From positions 75,392,001 to 75,456,000 of the forward strand of contig OZ320320.1 of NCBI GenBank assembly GCA_976226885.1: 64,000 nt of DNA, in the 5' to 3' direction. The stretch is from Iphione sp. A-MEVVRFRX5. Taxonomy: Eukaryota. Below, one piece after another: positions 50,229 to 63,363 of the stretch (its first letter is position 1; each line of letters starts with the position of its first letter). The translations under genes were made by a program, and so were the position numbers. The notes under the pieces were generated by a model. The model saw nothing but the letters and a program-made list of their open reading frames with translations, searched no databases and was not told the DNA's origin.

Positions 50229-50678
50229 TGTAATGTGAACTTGGTCTCTGATAAGGAAGGTGACATGAAATTATGACAACAATGATAAAATATATGGTTC
50301 ACTACAAATGCAGAAAATAACCTGCTGAAGTGTGACTCTCTTGGAATACAATTGAGAGAATATCTGTTTATTCAATGGAAAAGTATGTCCTTATATACTC
50401 TTTAGACAAGTCATATGACATAACCATTATATAAGAGTATCTATATGTGAACATTCTCTACATCTATGTCTGGATCTTCTCCTAAAAATAACTCTTACAA
50501 CCTTCCTGATTGGTTGCTCCATTTAAGTTGCTGGAGTGGTCATGTGACCTTTGCAGGTGCACTCTTACACAATACCGAATGACCCTATTATGTAATAGCA
50601 ATCAACTATGATGATTATTAGCACACACTCTAACCATGTGGTTGGGAACTAGTGGATGGCGAGCATGTCTCTGCTACA
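50229..50678 (-). mobile_element. Solo LTR, second family, reverse orientation (450 bp)
   Basis: Reverse complement aligns along 62992-63363. Flanks are GCAT and GTAT (3/4 match). Confidence 0.75.
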
Positions 50679-51845
50679 GTATTTTAGAACGGCTGTTTAT
50701 TTTACATTACCTCAGAAGAATACTGCTTAGTATAAAGGAGGCAACAGCGCAGAGTGGGTCGAATCTGTAAGCTCACCTCCGCAGGTCATGAATCATTGAA
50801 AACACAGCTAGGAATGGTTCAAATCAACAGGCATGGTTATACATTCAGTAGAATATTCCTGTGCAAGACCACATTCAGGGACACATCAGTGTGTACCACA
50901 GTATCTATTCTGTGTATACTGTATGAGTAAATTTGTACAGATATGAGCCATCAGGAAAGTGCAGTTGGGATGCGTGTTTCAGACAGGCACTTCGATTTCA
51001 TTTCTTTTTTGTCTCCAGTGAGGATCGCCTTGAGGAAAAACTAACCGACGTTATAAGAAACATGTTGTAAATTTTTAAACGTGTTCTGGCACAAGGGACT
51101 TGTTCCCATGTGTCAGAGGTACTGATTCCTCATAAATCCTCATAACTAACGTGAACAGACGGTTTTAATCTGGATGATTCTGCTCTTTCCATGGGTCAGG
51201 TGCCCCTATGGGTTCGTCTTTAGGAGTTTCATGACTCTAATTACTTATAGTGTAAAGATACCAGGTGAATTTCCAGAAAGAGCTCTCCAAGTCTGGTAAT
51301 TCCAGAGTTATACTGTGCATTATTTCATGTCCTCTTCAGTGAATGATTACAGTAGAATTTCAGACTCCAAATGACTGGCTATTCTGTATTGCTTCTAGGC
51401 AAAACCAAAAGAAAGTTCTATCTACCAAATATCAGGTAATGCACACATCCTGCAATAAGATATTTAGGGGGTGTCGGATACACAGATCTACACAATGGTC
51501 GATGATATTATGAAATTGATAGCAAATGTGGATCAAACATTGTGGTTAAAACTGGATGTAATCCCATTTTTTTTAGCACTATATTCGGGGGCCAATATTT
51601 TTCAATGCAATATGCAACTCTGTCAAGAGAAATTTATTAGAGGCTCTGCAAGAGACCAGCACACTAAATACGGTACTGCAGAGTGTAAACTAATTCATTG
51701 CCCATTCCAATTACTGCAATAGCCAGCCAATACCATTAATTTGGCAATCAACTTTTAAACTATTTAGGACAAATAGTGTAAGCTTACTTTTGTCTTCTAG
51801 ACTTGGATCTGTATCTGGAGAGTACTAATTACGCGAATGTGGTAA

Positions 51846-52125
51846 GGCCCCCCCCAAAAAAGGTGTGTTTCTGGTAACCCACCCCTACCTAGTAAAACAT
51901 CACCCTACCTAAAAAATTTTTGGTCCCAGAGAGTTTCCAAGGCTGAATTTCATAAGATACATGTTTTCACAGCACAAGTTTTGGGTAAATTCAATAAAAA
52001 AACAACCAAATCCATGGAAATTCAGCAAAAAACTACAAATTGGTCAAAATTACTCATGTTATCCTTATTATTATTGAAAACAAGAGGAAGAAAATGGAAA
52101 GAAAATTAAAAAAAAAAGATCAAGT
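51846..52125. mobile_element. Zator-like MITE, inverted truncated copy of 24429-24772
   Basis: Reverse complement aligns over ~280 bp with 24490-24772. Confidence 0.75.
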
Positions 52126-52370
52126 GTTTTCCAATTGGCCTATGTGGGATGAAGGGTGAAGTTCTGATACAGTAATGGTTTGTGTCAAGTATTATTAAAA
52201 AAAATTATTTTGATTGGCCCAAAATATGTGGCTGAAGTTTTGGGGATACACCAAGCAAAGCCCAAAAATTGCTTGCATATCAATTTATTTTCTTGCTGGA
52301 TTCTCTCTGTCGTATGTACAGTCTTTTGCTAGGCTCCTGTGGATAAAAAAAACTGTTATTAATGGGGCAG

Positions 52371-52760
52371 TTTAATGTGCACAGCCTCTCTAGGAAATAT
52401 GAGGTGATAGTTAATTATTTCTGTCCATAATGAAATTATGATATTAACTGAAACTTGGCCCAAAGTCAGGGTCAATGATCAAAACTTACATATCCCAGGG
52501 TATAGTTATAGGAAACTAGATAGGATGTAGTTGGAAATCAAGAAGGTGGCATGGTAATGCATGACAAAAAGCACCTGGGTATTATGCGAATTGATTTAGA
52601 ATGTTTAGGGGTAAACGTGAAACCTTTTATAAACCAATATACAGTATTCATTAAATAGGTCTCTACAGACCAACCTCAGGAGAGTATAAAGGGAGAAATT
52701 TGTCCAATGTGGGTATAATGACTATGATATATTCAGTTGCTCATTAGTGGACTTGTTATG
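52371..52760 (+). pseudogene. LINE apurinic-like endonuclease (APE) fragment
   Basis: FNVHSL..K, ILTETWPK, DQNLHIPGYSYRKLDR, EGGMV, RIDLE and GLYRP in the expected order, with frameshifts. Confidence 0.75.
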
Positions 52761-54451
52761 ACAGTCTCAGCTACATTCTGTGGTATTTGTCATATGCATT
52801 TATAATGGACCAGACGTAGTCAGTAGAGGGATTCCTAATAATAAAGGTAGTACCTTATGTTACGATTTTTATAAAATCTAATAAGCTGCTAATAGATTTT
52901 TTCCATGACCTTAGATAGTACTGATGGTAGGGAGATAGCTGTGAGGATCTTCTTTGCTAATTTGTTTGTGAAGGGAGATGCGAGTAGCTTGTTCTCATAT
53001 TTTGGAACATTGTAATTCTTTACTGATAGATTGAACAGATGTGTGAATTCCTGTATGCAAGAGGATGGTTTTACAATCAGAAATTCTGCTTTATAATTTA
53101 TATGCTTAAATCACAATTTTTCAACATCTTGTGAATGGCAGTGCAACCTCATAAAAGCTGCTATAATTTCAAATGTTCAGGTAGTGCTTAATATCCAAAT
53201 TAGTTGACTTTGTGGTTGAATCCTATCCAAAACAAGGGAGACAGGAATCTTAGATGACGAAGTTCTGTGATTTTGTTTTATGAAAATCATGACCAGGTTG
53301 TCAGAGAGACATGTTTCTACTATAAACCTGAATGCATGACACCTTGTTTGTGCAGAGCTACAACAGCTGAGGTTCTCCACCCTACTGATTGACCAAGCTT
53401 GCTCTCTGATGGAGGTTTCAACTGCATTTGAGTTTCTGTGAGTTGTCAGAACACACAATGGACAGCCAGATATAGCACTATTAGAGTGCCCTTTTAACCA
53501 CTATTTTTATTTTTAGTGTATAGCTCCTTCAAAATATCGCTAGAAATCGAATACAAGGACCCTTGCGGAGTGTACTCGTACAAATGGCAGTTCTAAATAC
53601 ACGCTGTCGTACTAGGACGTATCCTTGAGGTCCCATGCTGGCCGGCATCGTGTATCCTTTGGGGTACATGCCTTCCTTATTAGGTTGAAAGATGTTGATA
53701 GGAGGTACGTGACAGACAGATCTGTTTTGTTTTAATTTGGAGACAATTTCTGTATACTGTAGTGAACTTCCACATGGTCACGAAAAAAAAAAACGAATGG
53801 ATTAGAGGGGTAATTATGATTACGGGTGGCTTTTTATATCACAAAGAAGTAGGTCTCCACCTGCCGTTGCCAGGTCAGCCTCAGTGCCCCATCTCCAGTC
53901 TGAATACACCGTGACTGCTGTCAGTAATCCATGGTGAATCAGCCGACAGCCAAACCCACATGATCAACACATCAAAGTAGATTATCCTTGCCGCAATTGT
54001 TCTTTGGCCCACTGTTAACACTGTTGTATTGAGAACATTATTTAAGCATTAAGAACTGAGTCTGTCATGAATGAATTCTTCCTGACAATTCGGTTGACAT
54101 GTACGTAAATCAAGTCCTAAGCCTGGGTCACACAGAGTCGTGTAAAATATGTGCAGGGATAGGCGTTTGCCTTGATGGCATTGTATCAGACCAAAAGTAC
54201 TAACACGCGGAATGTGGACTTCGTCAGGTCATATGTTAAGAAATATGTCAGAACTTACTTTTGTGCTCTGAAAATGCTCTAACAACAAATATATTTCTAT
54301 AAATACAATAGAGATCAGCAAATATCTGTGGAACAAAGGTTTCATTCCGACCTCGTGACACGACATTGTCTATCTGCGTCCAGCATTGCTGCTAACATTC
54401 TCTAATCGACAAAAAGCCATAAAATATGTTTATTTTGCCCAGGTGGTGTTA

Positions 54452-57400
54452 ATAAGCTAGTAGCTGAGTTCAGTAGAGATGATGATAAGCAAATAACGTG
54501 AAGAACATGTAGAATGTAGACATCTTGAATGGATGAACTAGACACAGGAAGTAGCTGCATAAAGGTATCACTATACTAATTTACCAACAGATGAAACTGC
54601 ATCAGAGTTAATACATTATTTGGTCATGGTTTGTAGACAGTTTATCCAACCAAATATTAGCGTCATTTCCAACTTAATTCACGTCATCTGAAACTCAACT
54701 ATTAAGATGAACCCAGCGCTAGCACGAGGAAGATGTACATATTTAGAGGGTTTACCGTAGCGTGGACCCGAAATGGTTAGAGAGATGGAAGCTGGTATCG
54801 TTTATGTCAGGGTTTATAATGACTATTTTAAGCAAGATCTATTTAGCATTGGTTTACACAGACAGGTAAATAGAGTGTAAATGTCATCAGGTACATCATC
54901 TGAGTGAGCCCATACACGGTAAAATTAAAAGCAACTATCAGAGATTGGAGTTGGTAGTTTCTTCAAGATAGGTTCCCTCTTTCCACGGCCATATTTGCAT
55001 ATACTGTATACTATATAACAAAGTCATGTAGTTCTTTTCAAGATCATTATCTAATTATTTCATTATGCGGTACTTATTTCAAAACTTCAAGGCATTCTTG
55101 GGGAAAAATGTCCCAACATCAGAACTGTGCTTACCTGTTATTACTTACGTGCCTATTGACAGTTTTCCTGTGTCTAAATACGACTAATCCATCAGAGTTT
55201 CTTTTTAGGCCGAGCTGACTAGATGGTGGGTTAGAGTGAAGAACCTCTGTCTCAGACATCTGTAGTAATATTTTTCTGTGAAACAATAAATGTGTGAAGT
55301 GTGCAGATATAAGTACAAACGGAAAGAGTGCATTTAGTAAGCTGATATATATTGGAACTGCTGTACTATTTGGAAGTGTGATTAATTCTGGTAAGGTAGG
55401 TTACATATGCATGTATTGTGAATTAATATAGCTTTGTTGTAATAGCAGAATGTCCTTAAGATAGAGGGTAGTCCTAGAAGCTTGCGATCCTGGGCCCAAT
55501 TTGCTCAGAGATCAGGAATGAAAAACAACTCAATGTTAGAGATAATGGTTTACATTACTCTGATGGAGACTGATGGAAGAGTTGTTGGATTATTCAATCT
55601 TTAGTGGTGAAGCGAGTATTGGTTGGTTTACTGTAGAACCTTACCAGCATGCACACTGTATACCTGTTCTCGTGAAGAAGCAGCTTATGCAAGCAGTCCA
55701 TCTTCTAATTTGTTACACTTCATGCATCTGCTTTAGTTGAACTACCTCCGTTTGGATAAAATTACATGTTCCGACTGCCAACAGAGATTTAATGATAGCA
55801 CCCAGATTTTGGGCCTCCACCCTAACTCACCTCCCTACACCTTTCAGTCCATCCGTGAAAACTATTTGGTTGCGTTAATATTCCACATCTCTAGCAAACT
55901 GCTTCATATAACCTGAAATTAATGAATGTATACAGACAAATCAATGAAATACTGTGAAAATCCAGATCACAGGGGGAGACCAAGCCAGGACAGGGACTAA
56001 GATTTCTAGGACAAAATCAAACTGTTCACTCTATAGAGGGTATGTTTAATGTGACCAAACCATGGGACAGACCAAAATTGACCATCCCCAAGTTTAGTCT
56101 CTTTCACAGGTCTCCTCTGTAAAATTATTTCTTTGGGCAAAAGCCTGTGAATGCCATAGGTCGCCTCTGACAGTACAGTGCCCCTTCGCTCATAAGACCA
56201 GCATCGGTTCCAACCTGTAATAGTCCCAAGAGAGGGCGCTCTTACTCGAGAGAGGTATGTATGTGTATTATGTATAATTCAGTTCCTTAAAAATGGTCTT
56301 ATTGTATAGGTGGTCTGGCGAGAGAGGTGATTGTAGTAATAATTACTCTACATTATCTAGGTCACCAATCTATGCCTCTTACCTACATGCATGTACAAAA
56401 ATTACCGTATTGTGATGTTATAGGAATATCATCATAAATGTCACGGAAATGTTAGGAAACAAACTTTTTAGCAACATTGTGATGGTGTGGGCAACCTCGC
56501 ATTAATGCCGGCTCTACGAAATTGAAGCGCTGTGGGAAAAAAGGTTCTTGCAATCTAGTTTTTAAAAAGTACAGAAAAGCTGAGGTCACAACACACACCT
56601 TGGCCTTGCCAGACCTCGGCCAATTGACTTCTCAGTGCAGAATGGTCAAGAAATGCTGTTTTTAAAATCTACATAATTTCGTACCAGGACCATTTCACCT
56701 CTCAATTATTGTGTTTTTTTTTCACCTTGATAGGAGCCAATCGGACCAGGAAACAAGCACATCTTTGCTACGTAACCTTCCTCGCAACACGTCTGCAATA
56801 TCGCCCAAAGAGGAAAATAATCGTCCTTCTACCGACCACAGTATGTCCATCATAATTAGTGGTATCTAGTCAAGACAGCTCGATGGGCAAGGCTAGTTCG
56901 AATTGTAACACTTCTGACCCATTCCTGACGTGTAATATTGTTGGCTAAGTAGTCAGCACAGGGGAAAAATATATTTGAAGGACAAGTGCAGGTATAGCTG
57001 CTGTAAGTAGGTTAACAATTCGACCATGTCTGGTGCACCCACCTGTGGATTGAACATATAAAAACATACGAAATGTAACGCCTTTTTCTGTGTCTCCGCC
57101 AACCCCCTCCCACCACAAAAATATATATACTTCCCCAACCATTCTGGTTGTGCTCTTCAAGTATGTAATATACATTTCCTCCTCATGAAATCATTTTAAA
57201 CCAAAACGGCGATTTTTGGGGTCTTGCGGAACTGTGCTAATTAAGAATTAGGAGACGTTTCCGTTGAAAAATATACGACAGCATTACGCGTGCAGGAGCA
57301 ATTAACTTTAAAAAGGTAAGAACATGCAGGTGTCAATAGACCGGACGGCTCAGGTGCCTATCCGCACACCTGCCTTCCCAGGTGAGAGTAGGTGATGTCA

Positions 57401-57939
57401 CACATTCATACCTGTCCAAATCTGCTTTGGCAAACTTTGGCAGTGACGTTTGATGAGAAGTGACCGCCTACGAAATTACGGAAGGGCTACAGGAGGCTCG
57501 GAATTGTTTTTCTTGAAAAAGTATTACTGAAACGGAACTCTTTTTCATAATATTTTCCTATATGTTCTGTTAAAAGTTCTCAATCTTAATCTATTAGTAT
57601 CCGGGGGAAACCATCTCCCTGCCTGCTATATATGGTCACACCTATCAGGGGATCCATATCAGGGCCTCATTAGTGCCCCCATCAACAGTAAAAGAACTAT
57701 CAATACTCTAAATATAACGAATCTGCACCTATCATTGGCAGAGCTTTTTCTGCTTATATGTTATCCATTATTCAAAAAGAATATCAGCCATCCCTGTCTA
57801 TAAGTTAGTAGCTGGATTCAGTAGAGATGATGATAAGCAAATAGCTTGAAGAACATGTAGAGCGTAGACATCTTTAATGGATAAAATAGACACACAGGAA
57901 GTAGCTGCATAAAGGTATCACTATACTAATTTATCAACA
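54452..57939. repeat. Dispersed ~140-bp direct repeat pair (54452-54589 and 57800-57939)
   Basis: Both copies share cagtagagatgatgataagcaaata...ggaagtagctgcataaaggtatcactatactaattta. Confidence 0.9.
55970..56333. mobile_element. Two adjacent short MITEs (55970-56119 and 56176-56333)
   Basis: Imperfect TIR pairs cagggggagacc/ggtctcctctg and TA-cagtgcccctt...gagaggtgattg-TA. Confidence 0.5.
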
Positions 57940-59078
57940 AGCCCTATGTGAATTAATGGTTTCTATCAACTGTTTGACTTAATTTGTTACTTCAATTGTT
58001 TATAAATATTGTAAATCACATCTTTCACAATGAAGAAAAGGTTTTTGACCACATGGAGAAAAACTATAGTGGACTCTCACTTAGGAAGGTTATATATATA
58101 TATATATATCCATATTCATGATTTCAAATCATGAAAATCTAGACATAAGGGATGTACTGACAATGACAATGTTGGGACTGGACTGAAATTGTCCGTAGTG
58201 GGGGGGGGTGTCCGCAGTGGCGAGCTACCCCTTCTCCCTCTTTCTCACCAAAGTCTAGACATTGTACAAACATTATTTAGATGTTATTGGGGGGGGGGGG
58301 CAAACGAGCAGCAGCAGGTACACGGCAAGAAGCAATAGGGTGTTGAGACTCTTCAAAGGGGTGAGAAGTCTCGCCCCCTAAAGGTGTCAGGAGGCAGGTC
58401 GTCCACTGTTAACCCTCTGAAATCATTGTTTGGGACTGTAACCTGGGTATCGAGAAGCAGGTGCACGCTGTAGCTGAGTGTCTGCAGTGGCTGGGCAATA
58501 TCAAACATGATATTTAGTGTTTTAGGCTGGGACTGTATTGAATTCATCCGTTATGAGACTTGTCTGCAGTGTCCGGGCATCCGTATACAGAGGGTCCACT
58601 GTATGTGCAGATAAACATTCAAGAGAACACAGCACTTTCTACTCTATTATTTCATAGCTTTAATGGTGGATCAGATTTAAACAGTTATATGAGGAGTATA
58701 AGGAAATAGGTCTTTCGTAGGCCACCTTTCAGCTTCTTAGACCTAAAGCTACCCTGGGAACATGAGATATATCATGTACATAGTTTTTTTCAATAATTAG
58801 CATGTACATAGTTTTTTTAATAATTAGCAAAGTTATTTGTCACACTTTATGACTTCGTACACTGACTTGCTCAATGGACAAAAAAGAAATTAGAACGCAC
58901 TAATTAACTGCAGAGAGAGATCACTCACAATGCTTCCTGCACTGATATAAAATGTGGACGGGTAAGTTTAACATGTTAAATGTCGTGGCCACACTTACTA
59001 CGCTGTATCTCTTACCAGTAATATTATCATGGTGTGGTAGTTACCTGCATTGGTTGGGCATGTTTTATAGTTTATATA

Positions 59079-59876
59079 CATTGGAACCTCTCTACAGCGG
59101 ACAGCAAAGGGACTGGCCAAAAACTGTCCATAAAGAGGGGTGTCCTTTATAGTGTAACACAGTTACGGATATGATGATGATGCTGTATTGAGACATTTTG
59201 GTTTGTCCGATGTAATAAACAGAACAAAAAGGGATTTGACGTTGTATTAAAGCATTTCATTACATAATGTTGTGCATGAAGGGCTAATGAAATAATACAA
59301 CGTATGCACAGTGTATAGATATACGAATTGTAAGTAAGGCCACTTGCGGAGTAATGTAATGGTACGGAACAAAACTTTTGTCCTTCTCAGGAAGTGCTCT
59401 TTCGCGTACTTCGTAGTTCTTCATTGTATCAGGGATAACGGTAATCAGATCTGTGAACATTAAATTCTACTTGTTTCACACGGTGTCATGGCGTACCAAA
59501 GCAAGATAAGGCATAAGCGATGCTCGAGCATGACCCTGGACTCGGGGTGTTTGTGATGTCAAAGAACATAAAAGCTTAACCACCCATTGTATGTTTGACA
59601 TCTGACGGACGACCAAATCCAGTCGTACTGGTATATAACGTTAGCAGTCTGCCGTGAACAGTCAGACTCATCCCAGTTGCTGTTGAGACGATGATTGCTG
59701 TACGCTGACATTGGCTCAAGGATAAAGGCTGACTCGAACCTGACTCGTGGTGTTTGCATTTGTGCTACAATAGCAGGGGTATTTAAACATGATTATATAG
59801 AGTTGGTTCCTCTCCAGTCTGTCCATAATGAGGGGTGTCCTATGTAGAGGATGTCCTTTGTAAAGGGGTTCCACTG
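59079..59876. mobile_element. Tc1/mariner-like MITE interrupted by a solo LTR
   Basis: TA-cattggaacctctc...aaaggggttccactg-TA with internal repeated ctgtccataa(a/t)gaggggtgtcc. Confidence 0.8.
59153..59769 (+). mobile_element. Solo LTR (617 bp)
   Basis: TGTAACAC...TGTGCTACA flanked by ATAG on both sides (59149-59152, 59770-59773). The 5' end resembles the provirus LTR start (tgtaacacagt ... gacatt ... aataaac). Confidence 0.8.
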
Positions 59877-59879
59877 TAT

Positions 59880-60490
59880 ATGCATCATGGTCGAATCCAC
59901 TTTGTCCTGCTGCAGTCTCACGCTTTCATCAGGTGCAATGTATCCGTACCTGTGGTGATTGTAGTCAGCGATACCCATGCTGAATGCAGTGCAGAATATC
60001 ACCCTTGTATTTGGTAGGCTGGTATGTATCCTATCACGCTGGTGAAACAGGAGATCCTCAGGTGCCCAACAGCTATCCGTGATCCTGTTGTATCTTGGGA
60101 CCACACACACCAGTGTGGCTTGGCCATGCTGTTGCTCAACTCAAAGTATCGTGGTCAGTCATTCGCACTACCAAGGATAATGCAATTAGGTATATCAAAC
60201 CTTCTGCATATCCTTATCCCCTCCACTATGTACAATGTGCTTGTATCCTTTTCCTGGATGAACTGATACAGCCAAACTGGTATCGCCTAGCCCATCCAGG
60301 TGTGGTCAAACGTTACGGCCATGGCTTGCAGAGACAACTGGGGTGTTAACATTGTTACCACCCCGACTGGACAGTTTCAGGCCAAGCATACATCGCTTTA
60401 AAGAGGCTCACATTTCCTCAAGAATGTTTCCAAATTCGTTTTGACCTGTACCAGTTATCCCAGTCAGCTCTTCAATTGGTGTCAGCCTAC
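59880..60490 (-). pseudogene. Fossil SGNH/GDSL esterase-like domain, as found in some LINE ORF1 proteins
   Basis: VVSASHGRNV (block I-like), SVHPGKG (block II-like), CIILGSAND (block III GxND-like) and SLPNTRVIFC, in SGNH order. Contains TGA stops and frameshifts. Confidence 0.5.
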
Positions 60491-60511
60491 TCACTTAACT
60501 ACAGCGTTGAG

Positions 60512-60879
60512 TGATAGGTGTGGGAGATTAAGCCACGAGGGCCGAGGGCTGGGACACAGTCCCAACCTGAGGCCCAAGTGGCTTAATGTCCCCTCCTATC
60601 ATGAAAAAAAGTAGTTAAATGAGGTTCTGATATGGCTCGCTGCTGAGATACCAGCCAGCTGTCTTAAACCAGGGACTAATCCCTAGGGAAAAAGTCATCC
60701 CAACCTACATAATTGTCTTCTCATTGGCTAGGCTAACATACAGGTCTACTTTATCCAATGAGAGCACAGTTATGTAGGTTGGGACAGCTTTTTCCCCTAG
60801 GGATTAGTCCTTGGTTTAAGAGAGGTCGCTGGGACACTGAACATATAGGAGTGTCACTGTTAGCCATATTAGAACCATT
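60512..60879. mobile_element. Foldback/palindromic non-autonomous element
   Basis: Hairpin 60512-60601, long inverted arms 60662-60727 / 60755-60821, and outer arms 60618-60638 / 60861-60879. Confidence 0.7.
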
Positions 60880-60979
60880 GTCCCAATGAGCATCCCCTCC
60901 GTGCGCTACAATGTTCGCTTGTAGCCGTTGCCCTCAATTCGTGTTGTGCTTGACGGTCCTGTGGTGCAATATTTTCCAT

Positions 60980-62226
60980 GATTAGGTGTTGCATAACATT
61001 AGTCTCGTTCGCCTCCAAGTGGACCGAAGGTTTTTATTTTCTTCGAGACGGTGCCAACCTTGTTCTGGTTTCGTGCCTTCGGCAGCTCTTTTGCCGCTTT
61101 GTCGTTGTGACATCGCACGGCCATCTCCCAGTAGTATGTGTGTAGGGCCGATCTGAGGGTATGACTTTTCCACATCAGTGGGAATTCATAATTTGTGCCC
61201 CAGTCGATCAATCGAGGGGTGTATGTGGGTCGGGACCGCACTAGCCTTGCTCGTCTTCACACCTCCCACCTGGGTTGATAATGTCAATTACTCTTTCTCG
61301 AGGCCTCTTTCTCTGCTCCCCGTGCTCCTTCTTCTCTCCAAAACGACACCTTTGTGTTTGCCGTTCTGGAGGATAATCACCCAGTGTGGTATCCTCTCCT
61401 TGGGGTCTCTGTTCGGTTGCATTCGAGTCAGTATTCTGAGCATTTAGTCTGTTTTCTCTTCAGTTACTCGTCTCGTTGTTTCTTTGTTAGGTCATTGTTT
61501 ATCAGTCACTGCTTATTTCGGTCACTGCTTATTCTTCATAACCAGGTATGCATCGTCATATTGGTTGAACCTCACAAGGATTCCTTTTATACTGTCCTTA
61601 TTTTCACGTTCGTGTGTCTCAACCTTGCTTAGTATTTCTGGTTTGTACCTCCCCTTGATTGAATGTCTGGTTAACAGTTCAGAGTTTTCATACTCTAGCA
61701 TGGCAACTCTGTTGGACAACTCGGTTACCTCTTTTCTCATGTCAGCTATATATCGGCAGAATCTTTTGTGGCCATTTTAGTCACCTCTTTAATGCTAGTA
61801 TTGCAGGTTCCCATTACCTTTGTCAGGTGGCTGTGCCTTTTCCCTATCCATTCGCCATAGCTCCTTAATCATAGTTTCGAGCGACAGCTCCTTACCATCG
61901 TTTTCTTCTTCTTTGCTTGGAGGCTCCTCCGTGTTTGCTTCATTGTGGTACTAAGGAGCTGATTTAGTAGTATCCACCTGGATTTTCCTTTGTAGGCGGT
62001 CTATTGGGCTCACATCCTTCCTTTTTGCAAGTCTGTCAGCTCTTGTTGGAGGCCAGTCGCTAGTATCCTTGTTGGTGCTCTCATTTATATCCTCTGTATT
62101 GCAGGTTTCCTCATTTGTATCCTCTGTATTGGAGGTTTCCCCATTTGTATCATCTGTATTGCAGGTTTCCTCATTTGTATCCTCTGTATTGCAGGTTTCC
62201 TCATTCTGCGCGGAGCTTGAGGCCAT
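60980..62226 (-). pseudogene. Probable LINE ORF1 N-terminal part (acidic repeat plus coiled coil), disrupted
   Basis: ATG at 62226, an (EETCNTEDTN)x4 repeat, and heptad MRKEVTELSNRVAMLEYENSEL. Contains stops and frameshifts. The family assignment is inference. Confidence 0.45.
62081..62205. repeat. 30-bp coding-frame tandem repeat (about 4 units)
   Basis: tcatttgtatcctctgtattgcaggtttcc units at 62081, 62111, 62141 and 62171. Confidence 0.9.
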
Positions 62227-62991
62227 TCACCACGTAAATCACTGAGTTACTTCCTACTGTGGTCGTGTGGTAGTGTTAGCGTGAGCCTCTTACGTGTTTT
62301 AAGCCCAACGGTTCTTCACGTTTTGACCAGGCAGCACTGCTTTGCCTTTTAAATGGTCTTATATTTGCCAAGCTACATTTGTCTGGTACCACAAGGTACT
62401 TTCACGCTGGTTCTTGATACCTTTCCAGTGGTATTGCAATCCACGGAAGCTGGATGCCCCATTCTTGGTGTTTAAATCCATGTTTTATCTGCGGAGCACT
62501 CGTCGCGTACGTCTTCACACGCAGGTCGCCATTCAATGTATGATAGTATTGTCAACATTACATACAATAAGATAGTAATTGGTATTCTAACACAATTCGC
62601 TTTAGAAAGATGAATGCTATGTGAAGGCATAATGATCATTGTGTGAAGGTAATTGATATTGTGACACCTGATGCATAATATGAGGGTAGACAGCACTGTA
62701 CCACATTTTCTATATTGGGCACCAGTATAGCTGGCAACAGGATAATATTATATTACATCATTGGTGCTGGTGTTATTACATATTACACATTACATAAATA
62801 GCTTCTGATGTCACATATTGTAGATTATATTGACAGAGACTGCGTGCTGATGGCGCAGCTTGCCATGCCTCTGGCGATCCGGATTGGGGCTTGACATCAT
62901 GTCTTGTTCAATATTTAGGGCAAGAACTGTACCATCTTAAAGTTTGTGAAATAGATTTTTATTGTGAAAGCCACTAGGACATCAGTTATAT

Positions 62992-63363
62992 TGTAGCAGG
63001 GACATGTCATCCTGCATGCTCAGAATAGACATTTGAGTTGATTGCCATTACATAATAGCATTGCTCGGTATTGCATAAAGAGTGTACCTGCAGAGGTCAC
63101 ATGACCACTCTGGTAACCACCCGGATAACATTAATGAAGCAGCCAATCAGGAGAGTTGGGAAGCTGCTTTTAGCAAAGGTCTGGACAAATATCTAGACAG
63201 TGTGTCTATTTTTAGCTACTGTTATGTAATCATTATGTCACAAGACTTATCCTAGAGTATATAAGGATGTACATTTTTCTGCATTTGGAGTACACCAGAT
63301 ATTTTACGATTATTATTGTCATTTCTCATCACCTTACTTATTGGAGACCAGGCTCATGTTACA
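62992..63363 (+). mobile_element. Solo LTR, second family (372 bp)
   Basis: TGTAGC...GTTACA with ATAT on both flanks (62988-62991, 63364-63367). Homologous to 50229-50678 (inverted) and 29860-29949. Confidence 0.8.

Noticed and set aside
54895-54925. ctgagtgagccc...gg as a second hammerhead
   Set aside because: No GAAA core and no stem I pairing.
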